Positions 1 to 9,431 of a stretch of DNA of 64,000 bases are shown here, piece by piece (the stretch's first letter is position 1; each line of letters opens with the position of its first letter). The translations under genes and the position numbers were made by a program. The notes under the pieces were generated by a model. It was not told the DNA's origin. It saw nothing but the letters and a program-made list of their open reading frames with translations, and ran no database searches. Location of the stretch: positions 129 through 64,128 of the IMG/VR virus record IMGVR_UViG_3300034104_001590; one strand, written 5' to 3'. The DNA comes from a virus (Duplodnaviria > Caudoviricetes).

Positions 1-769
1 TAGCTAATGTTCCACTATTGATATAAACATTATGAAGCTCATCAAGCTCCCACCCGTTCATTATCTTAACGTAGATTTTCCCGTGAACCGCGTGTGCATA
101 TTCAACGTAACCAATTACTACGATGTGACCCGTTGCGCCTGTTGGTTTAACATTGGTTAATGCGCCTGGTGTTGTAGGCGATAAATATAAAACATCGCCA
201 TCTGTCCACGTTTCAGATTGTAAACTTCCAGTTGTGTTTATGTCTTCTAATTGACCAACCGTTATAATAAACCCCTCTTGATTCGTTGCTATTGTTTCTG
301 TAACAAGTCCGATTGTATCTGCTGAGTTGTTATCGTTGTTAGCTTGTGCATATGCAATGGCTAATTTTTGACCTTGCGCACCCGAAACTCTAACAGCTTG
401 ATATGCGGCTTTTGTTAATGTAGCATTAGGTGTAACTTTGTTTACTACTCTTGCGACTAAGTCAACGCCATTTTTAAGAATAACGCTTCCGCCTTTTAGC
501 GTAGTTTCTGAACTTCCTAATGTATTGTTCCAACGTGTTGTTCCAACCGCAGCTGTTCCCGTTGGCGATGTGTCTAATGTTAATTGACCCGCTTTTAGTT
601 CATATTCACCCAAATCAGCATTTTGTGTTGCTCCAGTATACGGTATGTAACCACTTAAACTTGGAACGTCTGATATTGTGGCAAATACATTAGAAGCAGA
701 TGGATTGTTAGCTCCTATAGCTGCTTCATATTCATCATTTGGTAAATCTCTTTTTATATAATTTCCCAT
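1..769 (-). CDS. Tail fibre protein, N-terminal part (continues across the circular junction into 63993..62971; about 596 aa in total)
   Basis: ATG at 769 (MGNYIKRDLPNDEY...), open to position 1. Contains the fibre-type segment AQANNDNNSADTIGLV...DGDVLYLSPTTPGALT. Not in the ORF track because it is truncated. Confidence 0.75.
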   Translation of the reverse strand, partial: MGNYIKRDLPNDEYEAAIGANNPSASNVFATISDVPSLSGYIPYTGATQNADLGEYELKAGQLTLDTSPTGTAAVGTTRWNNTLGSSETTLKGGSVILKNGVDLVARVVNKVTPNATLTKAAYQAVRVSGAQGQKLAIAYAQANNDNNSADTIGLVTETIATNQEGFIITVGQLEDINTTGSLQSETWTDGDVLYLSPTTPGALTNVKPTGATGHIVVIGYVEYAHAVHGKIYVKIMNGWELDELHNVYINSGTLA

Positions 770-772
770 TTC

Positions 773-1786
773 TTAAGAATTGTATGTTACTATAATTGAT
801 GCTCCTACTGCTATTGTGCTTCCAATAACAAATATATTTGAAGGATAAGTATTTTGAACTCCACCAGCATCCATGGTGATACTTATTCCAGCAGGAATTG
901 ACGCAGTCGTTGTTCCACCATCGATAGATATATTAACTAAAGTAGATCCGTTATTAAAAAATGTTATTGAATAAACTGGAACTGTAATTGTTGTAGCTGG
1001 ATCACCAGAAGAAATTAAAATATTTGGTGTTCTTGAGAGCCCTACTACATTAACATCAAGGGCTGTTATTAATCCAGTACTTGTGCTTGTTATTGCATTA
1101 GTTCCTGCTCCATCGTATGTATTTGATTGAAAAGAACTTGGAAAAGTTACTGATGCTGTTACAGGTAATGGATTTGTAGTATTTACATTAACGGGCCCTA
1201 AACCATCATTAAATTGCAATTCTACTGCTCCATCAACAGTAATTGAATTACCTCCATCATTTACAGCTACAGCACCATTGGCATTAACAGCTATAGGAGA
1301 ATAATCACCATTGGCAGATGTCATAGAAGTATTAGAATCATTTCTAACACCCATTACAAACATACCAGAATTAGTAGAGGAGTGAGCTGAGTCTTCACCA
1401 TATAAACCTTGAACAGCAACTTGACCATTAGCATTTACAAAAACAGGAGTCGGAGTAGATCCGTTATATCCATAAATTCCAATGCTATCATTAGCAGCGT
1501 CTATGTCTACATCAATAACCTCACTCAACCAATCCCTAATGTCCTCTACAGCAGCAATAGCTCCAGCAGTATCATTAGTCCATCCAACAGGAGATGTTAC
1601 TAAATTAAGTGGAATCCTAACAGAATTGTTCTTATCATTAGCAATAAAATTTAAAGCTATATAATGATTACCAGAAGCATCAACAGCTCTGCTTACAGAC
1701 TTAATAGTCTTAACATTATAAACATCTAAAACTCCATTTGTTATGATGTTTAATTGATTGTCTGTATTATTTACTTGAACACTCAT
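773..1786 (-). CDS. Putative virion/tail structural protein (337 aa)
   Basis: Beta-rich N/S/T/G composition; EDSAH...GVRND...GDYSP motif seen in phage tail proteins; tail-gene context. Confidence 0.55.
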   Translation of the reverse strand: MSVQVNNTDNQLNIITNGVLDVYNVKTIKSVSRAVDASGNHYIALNFIANDKNNSVRIPLNLVTSPVGWTNDTAGAIAAVEDIRDWLSEVIDVDIDAANDSIGIYGYNGSTPTPVFVNANGQVAVQGLYGEDSAHSSTNSGMFVMGVRNDSNTSMTSANGDYSPIAVNANGAVAVNDGGNSITVDGAVELQFNDGLGPVNVNTTNPLPVTASVTFPSSFQSNTYDGAGTNAITSTSTGLITALDVNVVGLSRTPNILISSGDPATTITVPVYSITFFNNGSTLVNISIDGGTTTASIPAGISITMDAGGVQNTYPSNIFVIGSTIAVGASIIVTYNS

Positions 1787-1801
1787 TTTAATTTATTTTA
1801 A

Positions 1802-2551
1802 TTATTTGGTTTTTTGAATTGAAAGATAACTTACATCTGTTACACCTGATGTGTAATTGAATCCGCTCTCATTTATTACCTTTAAACATAATTGAGCTCC
1901 AGCGGTTAAATAAACACCATTAATACAACCAGTCATATCAGCATATCTTTGGATTGTAGTAGCAGAAAAAGTAGACCCTACATAAATACTATTCAGATTA
2001 GGATGAACAATTCCAGCTCTTATCATACTACCATCTTCCGCATTGAACCAACCAGTTCCAATATTTCTAGTCATATGAACGTAAAAACTAATATCATATC
2101 TTCCTGTAGTAGGACAAGTCCAAATTCCAGTTGAATCATCATAAGAATTTGAATCATCATAGATTTCATTAAGTATCTGAATAGTTCCATCAGTCCAATC
2201 TGTACTCATACCAGGAACAATAGCTGAAACACTATTTGTAGCACTCTTTGCAAGAATTCCACTTGGACAATTAAGATTACTAATAGCATCAACTATTTGC
2301 TGAAGAGAATAAGTCCCAGCTGGTAAACCAAAACAATTATCCCCAGAAACAACAGCAGATGTCATATCAGACAACTCATTAACCATATTGGTTGTGTAAG
2401 CTTCTAATAATTGAATTACATCACATAATGAAGCATCACAAGGTATTTCAATTACATTTAATGGACAATCAAATACCGTAATATCGGAAGCCTTATTAGG
2501 GCAATTGTCCGAACAAGTACAATTTGATTTATTACAATTAGTACAACTCAT
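1802..2551 (-). CDS. Cys-rich tail protein with C-terminal C1q-like domain
   Basis: N-terminus MSCTNCNKSNCTCSDNCP; YDDSTGIWTCPTTGRYDISFYV resembles the C1q FTxPxxGxYxF motif. Confidence 0.55.
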   Translation of the reverse strand: MSCTNCNKSNCTCSDNCPNKASDITVFDCPLNVIEIPCDASLCDVIQLLEAYTTNMVNELSDMTSAVVSGDNCFGLPAGTYSLQQIVDAISNLNCPSGILAKSATNSVSAIVPGMSTDWTDGTIQILNEIYDDSNSYDDSTGIWTCPTTGRYDISFYVHMTRNIGTGWFNAEDGSMIRAGIVHPNLNSIYVGSTFSATTIQRYADMTGCINGVYLTAGAQLCLKVINESGFNYTSGVTDVSYLSIQKTK

Positions 2552-2554
2552 ATC

Positions 2555-3514
2555 TTAACAATTACAATTTTCATTTAAGTTATTTATCAAACACTGCTCC
2601 TCATCATCACATAAGACACCATAAGGTAAGCACCACAATACATCAAAGATTAAATGCTTCTTGAATAAATAATCCCATTCCGATCCACACTTAATACCAA
2701 ATATCTCTCTATTTTTTATTGAAGATATTTCTTCTACAAATATAGCTTTCTTTTTCTTTAGTAAATTTCTATTCCTTGGCACGTAGTAATCACAGCAATC
2801 AAAACATTCTCCTCTTACCCAGAATCTTTCAAAAGGTTTATTAGGGAAGTAAAATCCATAAGGACACTCAGAAGTAGTAATATAAGCTGTATAAACAGGA
2901 TAAGAAGGATTACCTTCTAAATAAAGAGAATTAGTTAATATCCATCTTGTGTTATCAAACAATAAGTAATAAGTGTAATCTACACCTCCTATGTTTAAAA
3001 CAAAAGAATAATATCTTTTTTGATTTACAATTAATTCAATCCCATACTCATCTACAACTACACCAGCGAATATATTAAATTCCTCTCCATCATTATATGT
3101 AGCATGAGTAATAGTAAGAGTCAATCCATCAGTACAACATTCGCACTCAATTAGTCTTGTCTTAAATGTATAATCAACGGAAGGAACCCAACTACATAAA
3201 GATAAAGGACAGTTACTTGAGCTTGTGAACGATGTAACTAAATATGGTAACGAATCACCATCAACTTGATACCATAATCCCCATGCACCAGAATTGTATT
3301 CAAAATACAAGTTTCCACCAGACTCAGGAGCAACAGGATATACAGTGCTATCTAAAAAGTAAAATCTTAAATTATTTACAGGCTCTAAATAACCTCCGCT
3401 ATCTAATGTCTCTATAAGGTTTCCTTGATCATCGTATATATCCAAATAGATACCACATAAACAACTTATTGTAGTATCAGGACATTGATTAGGTGTAGGG
3501 CAGTTACAGCTCAT
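2555..3514 (-). CDS. Cys-rich putative tail (hub-like) protein
   Basis: Many Cys clusters, ends NENCNC; translationally coupled to neighbours in the tail operon. Confidence 0.45.
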   Translation of the reverse strand: MSCNCPTPNQCPDTTISCLCGIYLDIYDDQGNLIETLDSGGYLEPVNNLRFYFLDSTVYPVAPESGGNLYFEYNSGAWGLWYQVDGDSLPYLVTSFTSSSNCPLSLCSWVPSVDYTFKTRLIECECCTDGLTLTITHATYNDGEEFNIFAGVVVDEYGIELIVNQKRYYSFVLNIGGVDYTYYLLFDNTRWILTNSLYLEGNPSYPVYTAYITTSECPYGFYFPNKPFERFWVRGECFDCCDYYVPRNRNLLKKKKAIFVEEISSIKNREIFGIKCGSEWDYLFKKHLIFDVLWCLPYGVLCDDEEQCLINNLNENCNC

Positions 3515-4302
3515 TAGTTACAACAACAAAGTGATTTTAAAACATCTATATGATCTTGAGCACTTACCCAATCAAATCCACAAGAAGCAAATTCTAATCC
3601 ATCCATTACTACTCTCATTTTCATTGCTTTCATAAAAGCTTTATTCTCACACATATCTTTACAAGGAGCCTTCTGCATTCCACAGAACGCATCTGCTACA
3701 GCCTTACGATAACAATCCATAATAGATATACACAATACAACTATCTTCTGCGTATTACAGTAACGAGTATCACTACAGGCAGAAGTATCAGTATATAGAG
3801 TCCAATAAACACCAGATGTGTCGCTCTCAGGGTTAACATTAGTAGAAGATGTAACAGCTTTATAAAGCTTGCCGTTAAACAATACAATCGGTTGTAGAAA
3901 CGCTTGATAATAAACATCTGAACGCCAGTTTGGATAAGTGCATAATTCAACAGAATAAATACCATCTGAATCAGTCCCTATAAATGAATAAGAAAATGTG
4001 TTGTTGGAAACAGCGTGAGAAGGAATAATAGTATATGTAATGCCTTGCTTATCTAATGGATATGTAACAGGATCATTTACTCTAATATCAGCTGTGATAT
4101 AAGTGAATGTTGTCCCATCTCCTTTGGTGATAGTGATTTTTCTGCTTGTAAAGTCATCACTCTCGTGGCCTGGTAAATCGTTTGTAGTATAGTTAGAAGT
4201 ATCTTTAAACGTAATCTTTTTACAATCACAAGATAATTCTAATGAACTACAGCCATCCGTTAGTAATGAAGCTTTAAATGGGTTATTTATTGGTGTTGCC
4301 AT
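3514..4302 (-). CDS. Cys-rich putative tail protein with an internal CBM5/12-like module
   Basis: WRSDVYY...IVLFNGKLYKAVTSSTNVNPESDTSGVYWTLY resembles the ChtBD3/CBM5-12 pattern; ends LCCCN. Confidence 0.5.
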   Translation of the reverse strand: MATPINNPFKASLLTDGCSSLELSCDCKKITFKDTSNYTTNDLPGHESDDFTSRKITITKGDGTTFTYITADIRVNDPVTYPLDKQGITYTIIPSHAVSNNTFSYSFIGTDSDGIYSVELCTYPNWRSDVYYQAFLQPIVLFNGKLYKAVTSSTNVNPESDTSGVYWTLYTDTSACSDTRYCNTQKIVVLCISIMDCYRKAVADAFCGMQKAPCKDMCENKAFMKAMKMRVVMDGLEFASCGFDWVSAQDHIDVLKSLCCCN

Positions 4303-4316
4303 TTTATTTATAGTTA

Positions 4317-4324
4317 CAAATTTA
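4317..4324 (-). promoter_or_regulatory. Bacteroidota sigma-70 -7 element (TAAATTTG)
   Basis: Matches TAnnTTTG, 15 nt upstream of the ATG at 4302. Confidence 0.65.
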
Positions 4325-4347
4325 AACTTTTATTCAATACTTATTTT

Positions 4348-7300
4348 TTAATCGAACTTAAATTCATCTTCAAATTCTTTTTGGAAATCAAAATCTTCTT
4401 TAAATTCATCTCCAAATTCTTCCATTAATGAAGAATCAGACTCGATTTTTGGTTCCTTAGGAGTAATATTTTGAACTCCAATACCATTTATACTCATTAG
4501 GGTTAAAAATGTAGTCATTCCAGCTCCATGATCTTTAGATAGCTTTTTAATATCTTGCAAGTATAATGGAACAGTCAAATCAATAAACATAGATTTTAAG
4601 TCATCCTCTCCTTCTTTCTCTCCTTCTTCTTTTCTAGCTTCTTTTTCTGGTTCAGATAACCAAAGTGATTTATACCCTATTGATGCTGTAGGCGAAAGTT
4701 TATTTGTAAAGAAAGTAGTAATTACATCGCCTCTTGTTTGACCTCCATATTTTTTCCCTAATTCTTCTAGTTTACCTGTTGCTATATTTTTCTTTTCTCC
4801 TACTACAGCTTGAGCTAATGTTCTATATACTTGTTGAGTTCCAGCTAAAATATCAATTCTAGTATTTCCAATTCTTATTTTTGCAAAATCAGAACTTCTA
4901 GGATCTAGTTCAACCTTTGTATCATCATCATCATCTAAACTAAGTAAAAATGCAGTTATTCCTAATATTGTAGATGCTGCTCCAAAAAATCCTAATGTTC
5001 TTTTAATTGCTTGTTTTCTTGCTGTAGGACTCATTCTAACATACATCGATGGATTAACTCCAGTTATATTGAGTCTCGACCATAAAAACCTTGGAGAAAA
5101 GAATACGGCTGATAAAGCTGGAGCTGAAACTTCAAATGCTGTGCCTACTTTATTTTTACTACCTGTTCCTCGGCCTGTAGCATTATTAACATAATCAGCC
5201 CAGGATTTATATTCATCTATGTTTGTTTTTGGAGATATTCCAGAATCAGCCATTTTTTCAGCAACATCTAAAAATGCTTGAACTCTTAAGTTATTTAAAA
5301 ACCCAGTATAAGCTCTTTCAGCTCTTCCATAAATATCAGCTCCCCATAATTTTTTACCAGATTTAAAAACTTTAGTTTTACCAAATAATGGTATTTTACT
5401 CATAAAGTTAGTCATGAATGCTTCTTCAGCAGCGGTTAATTTAGCGTTTTCTTCAGCTATATAGAGTCCACTAGCTTTCATTAATGGATAATATTCAGAA
5501 GATTTAACTCCGCTAAGCCATTCATTATAGCTTTTTTCACTCCACCAAAATTTAAACTGATTACCTAATTGTGAAAGTGTTTTTTTAGGATTCTGAGTTA
5601 AAACAAATATAGCACCCTGTCTAAATGGAGCAGAAAAGTCTAATGAAGCAATCAATCCTTTTGGAGCAGATATACTTCTAATAAGACCTTCATAAAATTT
5701 TTGTTTCCAGTCTTTATTTCTTTCTTGTGCTTTTTCGTATTCTAAGTCAAACTTGAATTTAATTTCTTCTCTTTTAGCTTTTAATTTAGCCGCCTCAGCA
5801 TCTAATTCCAATAATGGAGATCTTTTTTTCTTATCAAAATCACCAGAACTTATTTTCTTTTCGAAATCTCTAATGCTTTGTTCTGTTCTTTTTTTAAGGT
5901 TAGATAATTTTTCAGCTTGTATATCTGCTATCTCTTCATCAGTTAATGGAATCTTAGATAGTTCTTCTTTTATTTGCTCTTTTAATTCTCTTTCTTTTTC
6001 AGTAAGCGCATCTCTTTTAACCTTATTCTTTGTTTTCTTTATTCCATTTTGAACATCTTCTAATTTAGAAAGGAGTCTTCCGACTCTTTTCATTTCGTTT
6101 ATTTTCTTCTGTATTTCATCTTTAGACTGAGATTGACTTCTGCCATAATTTGTAATAGCATCTCTTATTTGTCTATCTGTTGCGTTGGGAAATTGTTTTT
6201 TAACTAAATCTCTAACAGCATCTACTACTTCATCAATAGTATTTGCACCATTTAATACAGCTTTTTTAATTTCAGATGTAGGTATTTTAATTTTTCCATC
6301 TTTAGATACAGCAGATGTTTTATTGCTGGATTCTTTTGTGTCTTTTATGTTCTTTACTACTTCTTCACTTTCAGCAGCGTTTCTTTTCTTTTCTAGTTCA
6401 CTAAGTTTAGCATTTACCTCTCTTAATTCTTTATCTAATTCATTTAATCGCTTCTCTACATCGGCTGGTATTTTACCACCATATTGAGCTTTAATTTTAG
6501 CTTTTTGTTTAACTAAATCATATTCTGAATTAAGCATCATAGATCGAAGTCTTAAAGACAAACCTTGCTGATAACCAGTAATATTTGCCATAACTTCATA
6601 TTCAGCTATTTTATCTTGCAATCTAGCTATCTCAGCTTTAGCGTCAGCTTCAGATATTGAATCATTTAAACTTAACGCTTTATTTAGCTTTTCATATTCA
6701 GAAGCTAAATCATTATCAAGATTTGCTTTATAATAAACCATAGCAGCCGTTTCAACAGCACTTAATGGTCTACCTTTCACATTTATAATTGAATTTATTA
6801 ATTTATCTGGAACTACTTCCCCGCTTTCTATCGCGTTTTGACCAGCATCTAAAGCTTCTTTAATAGTCATTTTTTCAATCGCTTCAGCAGCTATTTCTTT
6901 TGACTCCTCAGAAGTTAATCCCTTTTTAATTCCAGATACTCTTTCTTGACCTTCAGCAGCTTCTTTTGCTTTTTCTATAAACTCGCCATTATTTGCATAG
7001 TTTACATAATCTTTTATTTCATTTGCTTCTTTGTCAGTTATTTCATTTTTAGCCTTTGCGTTTTTAACAACTTGATCTACAGCTTGCTTAACAGCTACAG
7101 TAACATCAAGTCCTGCAAGAACTAAATTTTTAGCTCCTTCAATTATTGCATTATAAATTCCAGGTGGAATAGGAATAGACAGTGCTTTTCCTTTTGGATC
7201 TATTTTAAGGCTATCAAATGCCTTTTCAATCTTCTCCCTTGTCTTAGCTCTATTCTCTCTTTCTCTAGCATTTCTATCTTCTTTCTGTTGTTCCTTAAAT

Positions 7301-8961
7301 GCTTCTTCAGCTCTTTTAGCTTGGTCTTCTGTTGCTTTAACTCTTTTTCCGTTTACTATTGTTTCCCACGGAATTTCGCCTTCTTTAGCTCTATTATTCT
7401 TAGTAAACTCAACTTCTTGATTAAATCGAGTTATAATAGGCATACCTCTGTCATCTAACTTAGGTTTGCTTGACAGTATTTTAACTGTAGCTCTTTTAGT
7501 TTCAGCTTCTTTTTTAGGAGCTTCTGTCTTAGCTTCTGGAGCTCCTTTAACTTTATCAATGTAAACTCTAGTTTCGCTTGAAGTTTCCACATAGCGATTA
7601 CCATTAGAGTCTGTCCTTATAGGAAGATTAGGTATTTTAGGATTTGTTGCCTCTCCTCCGAATGGTGCTTCAGCAGTAGACTGAACAGTAGCTGTTTTAC
7701 CATCAGATGATACCTCAGCCTTGTAAGTTACCTTAGTTCCACGTTTAGTTTCGGCTTCTACTTCTACTGGCCCTTTACGCTCTACTTTCTCAGTAGTTGG
7801 TTTAGTTTCAGTTTTAGCTTCGGAAGTTTTAGTAATATCAGTTAATTCGCCTATGCCCATTCTTGAGATGCTACCATAAGCAAAATTGTTCATAGACAAT
7901 GTATTATCTCCTGCTTTTAAATTAGCTATTTGAGAATCAGAAAAATATTTCTTGAATACAGGAGTATTTTTAATTCTTTTAACTTCTCCTTCTGTTAGTT
8001 TTAAAGATACTTTTTTTATATTTCTTTTTGCTCCTTCTTCAGTAGTTGGTTTAGTTTCAGTAACAGACTTGGCTTCTGTTTTAGTTTCTGTTTTAGGTTG
8101 TTTAATTTTAGCTAATAAATCAGGAGCTTCTTCAAATTTATTAGTTTCGTTGTTATATCTCCAAACTTTAGTTACATTTGATTTATCAGCGGTAGAACCT
8201 TTTGACATATTCTCTCCGCCTTCTATTTTTATTCCCCCAAACTCAACCATTACAGCTCCTTTCTTACCAAACTTAGCAGCGGATTCTGGAACACCAGCTA
8301 TCCAATTGCCACGTTTAGGAGCGCCGCCTTCATAAGTTTTTTCACCAGAAGCCAAAGAATCAAATTCTTTTTCATCCATCGTTCTCCATCCATATTCTTC
8401 ATTATTTAAAAGTTCTGGAGTGCTAATTAAATTGTCTGATGGATTAAATTTACTAGGCTTTGTTTTAGTTTTATCTACTTTCGGTAATAATTCCTTTTCT
8501 ACAACGTCTATTAATTTATTTTCATTCTCAGTTCTTTCTGATTCTGGTTTTGATTTAGCTGAATTATAAGCAGCCGCAATATTTGTGCTAGGATTACCAT
8601 ATTTTAATTCCTCACTAGGTATCAAATCATAAGCCTTAAAATAAATATCTTGATTTTCTTTATTCTTATTGTCTATATCAATAGAATTTATTTCACGAGC
8701 TAAATCTACTGTTGGTTTAGCTTCAGCAGTTGGTTGTTGAGTTGGTACTTCAGTAGGAGTTACTTCTGCTTGTGGAGCAGTTTCGGTAACAGGAGTTCTA
8801 AATTTCTCAGCAGTAGTAACATCTGGCTTGAAATTTCTTACCGCTATCTTATCATCAATAGCAAACTTATCTAATAAACCATCAGCTAATGATTTCTTAA
8901 ACTCATCTTCAGACATCCACGTGTCTTGCCCTGGTAATCTATAACGACAAGGTTTAGCCAT
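4348..8961 (-). CDS. Large putative ejection/internal virion protein (polyvalent, 1537 aa)
   Basis: Small N-terminal domains between P/T/E/K linkers, central coiled coil, C-terminal region with a hydrophobic segment and DPRSSDFAKIRIGNTRID; last gene of the cargo cluster. Confidence 0.6.
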   Translation of the reverse strand: MAKPCRYRLPGQDTWMSEDEFKKSLADGLLDKFAIDDKIAVRNFKPDVTTAEKFRTPVTETAPQAEVTPTEVPTQQPTAEAKPTVDLAREINSIDIDNKNKENQDIYFKAYDLIPSEELKYGNPSTNIAAAYNSAKSKPESERTENENKLIDVVEKELLPKVDKTKTKPSKFNPSDNLISTPELLNNEEYGWRTMDEKEFDSLASGEKTYEGGAPKRGNWIAGVPESAAKFGKKGAVMVEFGGIKIEGGENMSKGSTADKSNVTKVWRYNNETNKFEEAPDLLAKIKQPKTETKTEAKSVTETKPTTEEGAKRNIKKVSLKLTEGEVKRIKNTPVFKKYFSDSQIANLKAGDNTLSMNNFAYGSISRMGIGELTDITKTSEAKTETKPTTEKVERKGPVEVEAETKRGTKVTYKAEVSSDGKTATVQSTAEAPFGGEATNPKIPNLPIRTDSNGNRYVETSSETRVYIDKVKGAPEAKTEAPKKEAETKRATVKILSSKPKLDDRGMPIITRFNQEVEFTKNNRAKEGEIPWETIVNGKRVKATEDQAKRAEEAFKEQQKEDRNARERENRAKTREKIEKAFDSLKIDPKGKALSIPIPPGIYNAIIEGAKNLVLAGLDVTVAVKQAVDQVVKNAKAKNEITDKEANEIKDYVNYANNGEFIEKAKEAAEGQERVSGIKKGLTSEESKEIAAEAIEKMTIKEALDAGQNAIESGEVVPDKLINSIINVKGRPLSAVETAAMVYYKANLDNDLASEYEKLNKALSLNDSISEADAKAEIARLQDKIAEYEVMANITGYQQGLSLRLRSMMLNSEYDLVKQKAKIKAQYGGKIPADVEKRLNELDKELREVNAKLSELEKKRNAAESEEVVKNIKDTKESSNKTSAVSKDGKIKIPTSEIKKAVLNGANTIDEVVDAVRDLVKKQFPNATDRQIRDAITNYGRSQSQSKDEIQKKINEMKRVGRLLSKLEDVQNGIKKTKNKVKRDALTEKERELKEQIKEELSKIPLTDEEIADIQAEKLSNLKKRTEQSIRDFEKKISSGDFDKKKRSPLLELDAEAAKLKAKREEIKFKFDLEYEKAQERNKDWKQKFYEGLIRSISAPKGLIASLDFSAPFRQGAIFVLTQNPKKTLSQLGNQFKFWWSEKSYNEWLSGVKSSEYYPLMKASGLYIAEENAKLTAAEEAFMTNFMSKIPLFGKTKVFKSGKKLWGADIYGRAERAYTGFLNNLRVQAFLDVAEKMADSGISPKTNIDEYKSWADYVNNATGRGTGSKNKVGTAFEVSAPALSAVFFSPRFLWSRLNITGVNPSMYVRMSPTARKQAIKRTLGFFGAASTILGITAFLLSLDDDDDTKVELDPRSSDFAKIRIGNTRIDILAGTQQVYRTLAQAVVGEKKNIATGKLEELGKKYGGQTRGDVITTFFTNKLSPTASIGYKSLWLSEPEKEARKEEGEKEGEDDLKSMFIDLTVPLYLQDIKKLSKDHGAGMTTFLTLMSINGIGVQNITPKEPKIESDSSLMEEFGDEFKEDFDFQKEFEDEFKFD
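7790..8061. repeat. 23-nt direct repeat TCAGTAGTTGGTTTAGTTTCAGT at 7790-7812 and 8039-8061
   Basis: Exact duplication encoding the linker TETKPTTE and flanking a ~75-codon module. Confidence 0.85.
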
Positions 8962-8962
8962 C

Positions 8963-9430
8963 TTACTTTCCTAATTCTTGATCTATTAAAATAGGCTCAC
9001 TTGTTCTGCTCAAACGAGCAATTAAATCTCCATATTCACCAACGCTTTCTACTTGAAGCTCAATAAAGTGATGTAATAGTGGTTTAAGTTTAGGACTAGA
9101 TTTATCCCAAGCATCTTCATATTGGCCCAATAGATTCATCTCCATTTCTAATGCGTGCTCTAAGGCCTCCATTAAATCATCAATGTCTACATTTACAGCT
9201 TGTATTGTGCGAACTTCTATTTGCTCGTTCATATCATTCATAAATGCTTCAAGCTTATTGAAGTGCTCTTTCTCGCTATTAGATTCATCCATGAAAAACT
9301 TCTCAGCTCCAAAGAATCCAATAGTCTTCATAGTATTTGATAAATGCAAATAAGTATGACTAGCAGTTAATTCCTCAACTCCTAATTTATTTATCATTTC
9401 TACTTCTTCTGGTGTAAGTAATCTTTTCAT
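8963..9430 (-). CDS. Ferritin (non-haem ferritin-like four-helix bundle)
   Basis: EELTASHTY, GFFGAEKFF, SEKEH, LEMEM and LQVE motifs follow the ferritin ferroxidase-centre pattern; 155 aa. Confidence 0.85.
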   Translation of the reverse strand: MKRLLTPEEVEMINKLGVEELTASHTYLHLSNTMKTIGFFGAEKFFMDESNSEKEHFNKLEAFMNDMNEQIEVRTIQAVNVDIDDLMEALEHALEMEMNLLGQYEDAWDKSSPKLKPLLHHFIELQVESVGEYGDLIARLSRTSEPILIDQELGK

Positions 9431-9431
9431 T

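Noticed and set aside
5753-8335. Plus-strand ORFs inside long minus-strand genes (also 1409-2134, 9528-15841, 19540-21896, 34793-37673)
   Set aside because: Antisense shadows of Lys/Glu- or Asn/Gly-rich genes, giving Phe/Ser/Leu-rich translations with no motifs.
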